From NCBI GenBank assembly GCA_963696295.1, contig CAVOJR010000001.1:2932462-2996461 (forward strand): a DNA stretch of 64,000 nt, read 5' to 3'. This document shows positions 60,253 through 64,000 of the stretch, in pieces. Made by a program: the position numbers and the translations under genes. The notes below the pieces were generated by a model, which searched no databases, was not told where the DNA came from, and saw only the letters and a list, made by a program, of their open reading frames with translations. The first letter of the stretch is position 1, and every line of letters begins with the position of its first letter. This DNA comes from an uncultured Chlamydiae bacterium. Its GTDB lineage: Bacteria > Chlamydiota > Chlamydiia > Chlamydiales > JAJFMB01.

Positions 60253-61176
60253 CTAGCTCTCTTGTTCGGGCCATTCGACGGGGTAGCTTACCCCCATTTT
60301 TTCCTGGATAGCAGCCTGAACAAACATCGCTACTTCGCAGGGAACTACAGGTTTGCCGGTTTTTTTGGCGAGCTGCTCGGCGGCAATTTGTATATTTGCT
60401 TGAGAGTGGAAGAGCTGCCCTTCAGGCAAAATATAATAGGCGACATTCTTCTCATTGAGCTTAATAGGATGGGAAAAACCGATCCATTCAGCCGTTTTTT
60501 TCATGCGTATGATGTTGTGGTTTGGGGTCTTTTCCTGGAATAAAATATCGGCGGTTAAAGCTACCCCCCATTTGCCAAACTGCGTTTCGATTCTGGAAGA
60601 GACGAAGGCTCCTTTCCTTGCTTTCTCCTTAGAGACGTGGATGCCTTCATTGGCAATCAGCTGAAGAGTGCCCCCCTCAGGAGTCATGTGGTAGTAATGG
60701 GGCAGGCGATGGGCAATTCTCTCTTCAGGAGACCGGTTTTCGAGTGATTTCCGCTCCGTTTCGACTAACTTTAGGGTTTCGCGCAGGATCACTTCTATCT
60801 CTTGCTGGGGCCTTGATTTCATTGGGGTGGTATTTCCGAGAAAAAAGAAGGGATTTTGAAACTCTTTGGGGGTTTTGTTGGGATTTTCCAGGTAGTATTT
60901 GGCCTTCGCCTCGATGTGATTCAAAAGCTCTTCGGTAGAGCACCACTCTTGGTTGGCCGTAGATACGGGTGTTTTGAAAAGCAAGTGGCAAGCCTCTTTC
61001 CGCAGTGGGCTAAACTTAGGATCTGCCTGATCGAGGAACTGGACTAACCGGGAGCGATCATCCAGTGAAAGTTCCGTGAATTTATTTTTTACAACAGCGC
61101 TCACCTGGCCGTCAGGTTGATCTTGATAGAGCCTGATCAAATCGTCCGCATTGCTGTTAGAATAGACATTTATCAT
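60253..61176 (-). CDS. Hypothetical protein (307 aa); orphan, possible effector
   Basis: Long ORF divergent from the proline-rich gene across an AT-rich intergenic region. No motif recognised. Confidence 0.5.
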   Translation of the reverse strand: MINVYSNSNADDLIRLYQDQPDGQVSAVVKNKFTELSLDDRSRLVQFLDQADPKFSPLRKEACHLLFKTPVSTANQEWCSTEELLNHIEAKAKYYLENPNKTPKEFQNPFFFLGNTTPMKSRPQQEIEVILRETLKLVETERKSLENRSPEERIAHRLPHYYHMTPEGGTLQLIANEGIHVSKEKARKGAFVSSRIETQFGKWGVALTADILFQEKTPNHNIIRMKKTAEWIGFSHPIKLNEKNVAYYILPEGQLFHSQANIQIAAEQLAKKTGKPVVPCEVAMFVQAAIQEKMGVSYPVEWPEQES

Positions 61177-61329
61177 AACTTAAATTGTAAGTTAAATTTT
61201 TTAAATCAGTATAAATTTCGCATTAATTTCGTGCTGGATAAGATTTACATAAAATTTAAATTAACTATAAGCTCAATTAATAAAATAAAGATATAATTAA
61301 ACTATAAATTAACAACCAAGGAGTAATAA

Positions 61330-61839
61330 ATGGTAAGGTCAATAACAAACAACTCAAGCGTTCCTGCTCAAACAGCACAAGCACCTGTACAAGCCAAGAA
61401 GGCTAGCTTTGCAAATGCTCAGGCAATGTATGAGAAAATAGGCGCTGATCATGAAGTAAAACAGGCAAAACCCGTGCAAGCCAAGCATATTGAGACAGCC
61501 GGAAAGAAAGTCCCGCCGACTCCCCCGCCTGCTTCCATGAAACCAAAAACCGCTATAACGGCCGCAAAAGGGCCCCCTCCGCCACCGCCGCCGCGCAGAG
61601 ATCTTCCTAAAGAAACGATTGTTGCCCCTCCAGCTATTACCCAAAAACCTGAAACTAATTCTTCTTTTGATAAGGCGAAATCGTATTTAGAGACTTTTAC
61701 GGCTACTGCAATGAAGGGTGTACAGGGCCTTGGATCCTATTTTAAGAAAAGCGATCCTGTCGAGAAGAAAGGTTCAACGCACGAGGTGCTTTTGCCGCCT
61801 CCTCCGTCACTAGATCTGCCGCTGCCCCTCCTCCACTAG
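61330..61839 (+). CDS. Proline-rich protein, 5' reading frame; apparently truncated by a 1-nt frameshift inside a 27-bp repeat
   Basis: AAGGAG precedes the ATG. It contains KKVPPTPPPAS, GPPPPPPPRRDLP and ...LLPPPPSLDLPLPLLH*. The coding-like sequence continues in another frame to 62069. Confidence 0.65.
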   Translation: MVRSITNNSSVPAQTAQAPVQAKKASFANAQAMYEKIGADHEVKQAKPVQAKHIETAGKKVPPTPPPASMKPKTAITAAKGPPPPPPPRRDLPKETIVAPPAITQKPETNSSFDKAKSYLETFTATAMKGVQGLGSYFKKSDPVEKKGSTHEVLLPPPPSLDLPLPLLH

Positions 61840-61892
61840 ATCTGCCTCTGCCTCCTCCGCCACTAGATCTGCCTCTGCCACCCCCTCCTCCG
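61804..61892 (+). repeat. Three tandem proline-rich units of about 27 bp (CCACTAGATCTGCCTCTGCCTCCTCCG-like); the first unit is 1 nt short
   Basis: The units encode (P)LDLPLPPPP. The first unit reads CTGCCGCTGCCCCTCCTCCACTAGAT (26 nt) against CTGCCTCTGCCTCCTCCGCCACTAGAT (27 nt). Confidence 0.85.
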
Positions 61893-62069
61893 TCGATGGA
61901 ATTTTCGCCTCTTCCAGATATGCCTCTGCCGCCTCCGCCTGATCTTGACGCCCCTGTAGTTGCCCATGTAAAAGCTCTGGCTCCCGGCGGTGTCGCGATG
62001 GTGGGCGGGATAGACGCTCAATTGATGGCCAAATTGGCCCGGCGCAAAGCCTTGAACGGAGAAGTTTAA
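61824..62069 (+). other. Out-of-frame continuation of the proline-rich gene
   Basis: My own translation gives [82 protein letters not shown] strong terminator follows this frame's stop rather than the annotated stop. Confidence 0.6.
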
Positions 62070-62090
62070 TAAATTACCATCTTTTCCTCA

Positions 62091-62124
62091 GCCGGACATT
62101 CTAAGAATGGCCGGCTTTTTTTTT
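62091..62124 (+). terminator. Intrinsic terminator after the extended proline-rich gene
   Basis: GCCGGACATT-ctaag-AATGGCCGGC (1 mismatch) followed by T9. Confidence 0.8.
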
Positions 62125-62126
62125 GG

Positions 62127-63998
62127 CTATTTTTTTGTCGAAGGGGGTATTTTGTCTCTTTCTTCTTTTTGAGAAAGGAGAGTCCTCTGCTCTGATTTAT
62201 AACCGAAAATGCTATTCCACAAACCCACTTTGCCGGGAAGGGTTTTATGCTGGACTCCTCCCCGGTTCTCGATGTACCCCTTTACCTCTTTGTGGCCATT
62301 GGCTATGGCCAGATCCAGAGCGGTTTCCCCATGAGAGGTAATCAAGTTGGGATTCGCCCCTTTTTCGAGAAGCAGTTGAACCTTTTTGAAATCCCCTTGC
62401 ATGGCTGCATAATGCAGGGCGGTGCGATGGGCGGGGCAATCGCAGCTCGTATCCGGCGAAGCTCCTAATTTATCAAGCGCAAATTCCATGTCCTGCAGGG
62501 TGCCTTCTTTCGCTAAAGTAGTAAGCAGCGTATTTTCCCCTTTGTCGTGAGAGTTGACAGGCACCTCATCTTTCTCAACCATTTTCAATGCCCCGTTATA
62601 ATCTTTTTTTATGAGAACCGTATCAATAAGCTTTCTTGCCGCGGGATGATAGGTGCTGCGGGGAGGCTCCTTTACCTGCCTCGGCATCGTAGAAAAATAG
62701 CGCCGTCCTATATCCTGGTTTTTTTTCCTCTTTAGCGCGTCTAAAATCGCTTTTCTCGCTTCAAGGAGCTGCTTTGTTTGTTCGGTAGATCCTCCCTCCC
62801 TGTTGTGGTCGGGATGAACGCGCTGAATTTTCTCATTGAAAGCCGCGCGGATCGCCTCTTCGTTCACAGGCTGCATCGGATCGAGGCCAATCGCCTGAAA
62901 ATGCTTCGGATCGATATTGAGCGTCATCATTTGATCGTTTTCTGAAGTGGAGGTCGTGGCCTCGCGCCGCTTTTTATCGGCGCCGGATTCCGATACTCTC
63001 TCATTTTCACGAGCGGCCCTCTCCATTCTATTCTGCTGAAAAAAATGCTGCAGATAAAGCTTGTACTGGGCAAAAAATCCGCCGCTAAGCGATGAAGCCA
63101 GGATCGCGATTACCCGTGAAGTCAGTGCGGCTTGCGGGAATAAAAAGGAAAGGGCCGCTCCCGCCGCCCCGCTTGCAGCCATCACTTTTGTCAAAGATAA
63201 GGGGGCGGGTCCAATAATTTTAACCTCATGGTTGAATGCGGGCATGATGCGAGGAGGAGTGTTTTGATACTGGAGGATATACGCGGGTAACAGGAAGGAG
63301 GAGCATTCGAATGTATTAAAATCGATACTTATTCTGTCGACATGGGTATGATCGCACCATTTTTTTTTCTCTATGTATTTTGAAGCCCGGTCTTTTTCAG
63401 AGGATTCGATCCGGCGCATGGCTGTTTCCTGAGCGATTTCACCGCGTATCAAAAAGGGGTCAATCACAGTGTTTGAATCAACCGACTTTGGATCCAGCTC
63501 TTTCAGCTCCCCGTGGCTGTTGAAATCTTCCACAGCCTGTTCCATCAGGCCCGCGTCCCAGCTTAAGCCTCCATAGACCATGGTGCCATATTTTTTTGGA
63601 CCCAGGGTTCCTGAAATATCGTACCAATCTGTGTGAATCCGGGTATGAATTTTTCCGTCGCCGCCGGTATAAACCACGCTTCTATTTTTCCCATATTCTC
63701 CTTCAAATTCGGTTTTGCGAATGTCGACGGTCACGGCAAAGACAGGGATCAGGGCTTTCTTTATTGGGTTAACATGAGGAATCAATCCCTCAGTCTGATC
63801 AATTCGCGGCAGCGGAGCAAAGAGGCGTTTGCGATCTTCCTCGGCAAATCTCTTAGCTGCTTCATCTTCAGAAAATTGATGAGGGAGATAGCTTAAGCTG
63901 CGCTTGGCAACTAAAGATGCCGTTCCTTCGGCCAGGCGTTGAGGGGCTATTGCTATTGGCTTGCAGGAGATTATAAGCCTGGATGCGACAGATAACAT
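62127..63998 (-). CDS. J-domain (DnaJ-like, HPD) + ankyrin-repeat protein with a large unknown N-terminal region and a central hydrophobic segment
   Basis: J domain HFQAIGLDPMQPVNEEAIRAAFNEKIQRVHPDHN...QLLEARKAILDAL. Ankyrin repeats GENTLLTTLAKEGTLQDMEFALDKLGASPD, RTALHYAAMQGDFKKVQLLLEKGANPN and GETALDLAIANGHKEV. The start lies 2 nt from the window edge, so the true N-terminus is uncertain. Confidence 0.8.
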   Translation of the reverse strand: MLSVASRLIISCKPIAIAPQRLAEGTASLVAKRSLSYLPHQFSEDEAAKRFAEEDRKRLFAPLPRIDQTEGLIPHVNPIKKALIPVFAVTVDIRKTEFEGEYGKNRSVVYTGGDGKIHTRIHTDWYDISGTLGPKKYGTMVYGGLSWDAGLMEQAVEDFNSHGELKELDPKSVDSNTVIDPFLIRGEIAQETAMRRIESSEKDRASKYIEKKKWCDHTHVDRISIDFNTFECSSFLLPAYILQYQNTPPRIMPAFNHEVKIIGPAPLSLTKVMAASGAAGAALSFLFPQAALTSRVIAILASSLSGGFFAQYKLYLQHFFQQNRMERAARENERVSESGADKKRREATTSTSENDQMMTLNIDPKHFQAIGLDPMQPVNEEAIRAAFNEKIQRVHPDHNREGGSTEQTKQLLEARKAILDALKRKKNQDIGRRYFSTMPRQVKEPPRSTYHPAARKLIDTVLIKKDYNGALKMVEKDEVPVNSHDKGENTLLTTLAKEGTLQDMEFALDKLGASPDTSCDCPAHRTALHYAAMQGDFKKVQLLLEKGANPNLITSHGETALDLAIANGHKEVKGYIENRGGVQHKTLPGKVGLWNSIFGYKSEQRTLLSQKEERDKIPPSTKK

Positions 63999-64000
63999 AA

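Noticed and set aside
1-64000. Search for tRNA, rRNA, tmRNA, transposase/integrase genes and prophage blocks.
   Set aside because: I recognised none in the intergenic regions or ORF translations by eye. A covariance-model scan (tRNAscan-SE/Infernal) would be needed to exclude small RNAs formally.

Overview
This is a dense bacterial chromosomal segment with about 70 protein-coding genes, most of them on the minus strand. I recognised no rRNA, tRNA, CRISPR array, transposase or integrase.

Housekeeping genes include an ABC-F ATPase, lolC/lolD, rpmG, tsaD, an overlapping acs-ribD-nfi-capA operon, trxB, two tandem def genes, ispH, tdh, mscL, a P1B Cu-ATPase, a TolC/EmrA/EmrB-type efflux operon and a putP-like symporter. 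These are interleaved with host-interaction-style genes: an LRR+OTU deubiquitinase, a J-domain+ankyrin protein, a proline-rich LPPPP-repeat protein, and a TLC/NTT-like transporter fused to HEAT repeats next to a cNMP-binding protein. There are also several signal-peptide beta-barrel OMP candidates. Together with a chlamydia-like L33 sequence, this suggests an environmental, amoeba-associated member of Chlamydiota. That placement is inference only.

The most unusual locus is 18.8-24.6 kb. It holds five tandem, mosaic paralogs plus one decayed copy of a 130-146 aa Gly/Ala-rich protein family I do not recognise. Each copy has its own hairpin terminator, and some have near-consensus promoters. Directly downstream and co-oriented are a divergent actin/ParM/Hsp70-fold ATPase and an N-terminally membrane-anchored protein.

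A second recurring oddity is tandem repeat arrays built from the 3' ends of genes. They occur downstream of lolD (117/96-bp units, all in frame), downstream of tdh (60-66-bp units) and inside the decayed paralog (107-bp units).

Other notable items:
- a VKOR-DsbA fusion
- two secreted Tyr/Asn/Gln/Pro-rich proteins
- a low-GC ATPase+DUF234 gene flanked by twin palindromes
- a 1-nt frameshift inside a 27-bp proline-rich repeat
- an AT-rich orphan-gene islet with gene remnants
- two tandem DUF1328 minigenes missed by the ORF track
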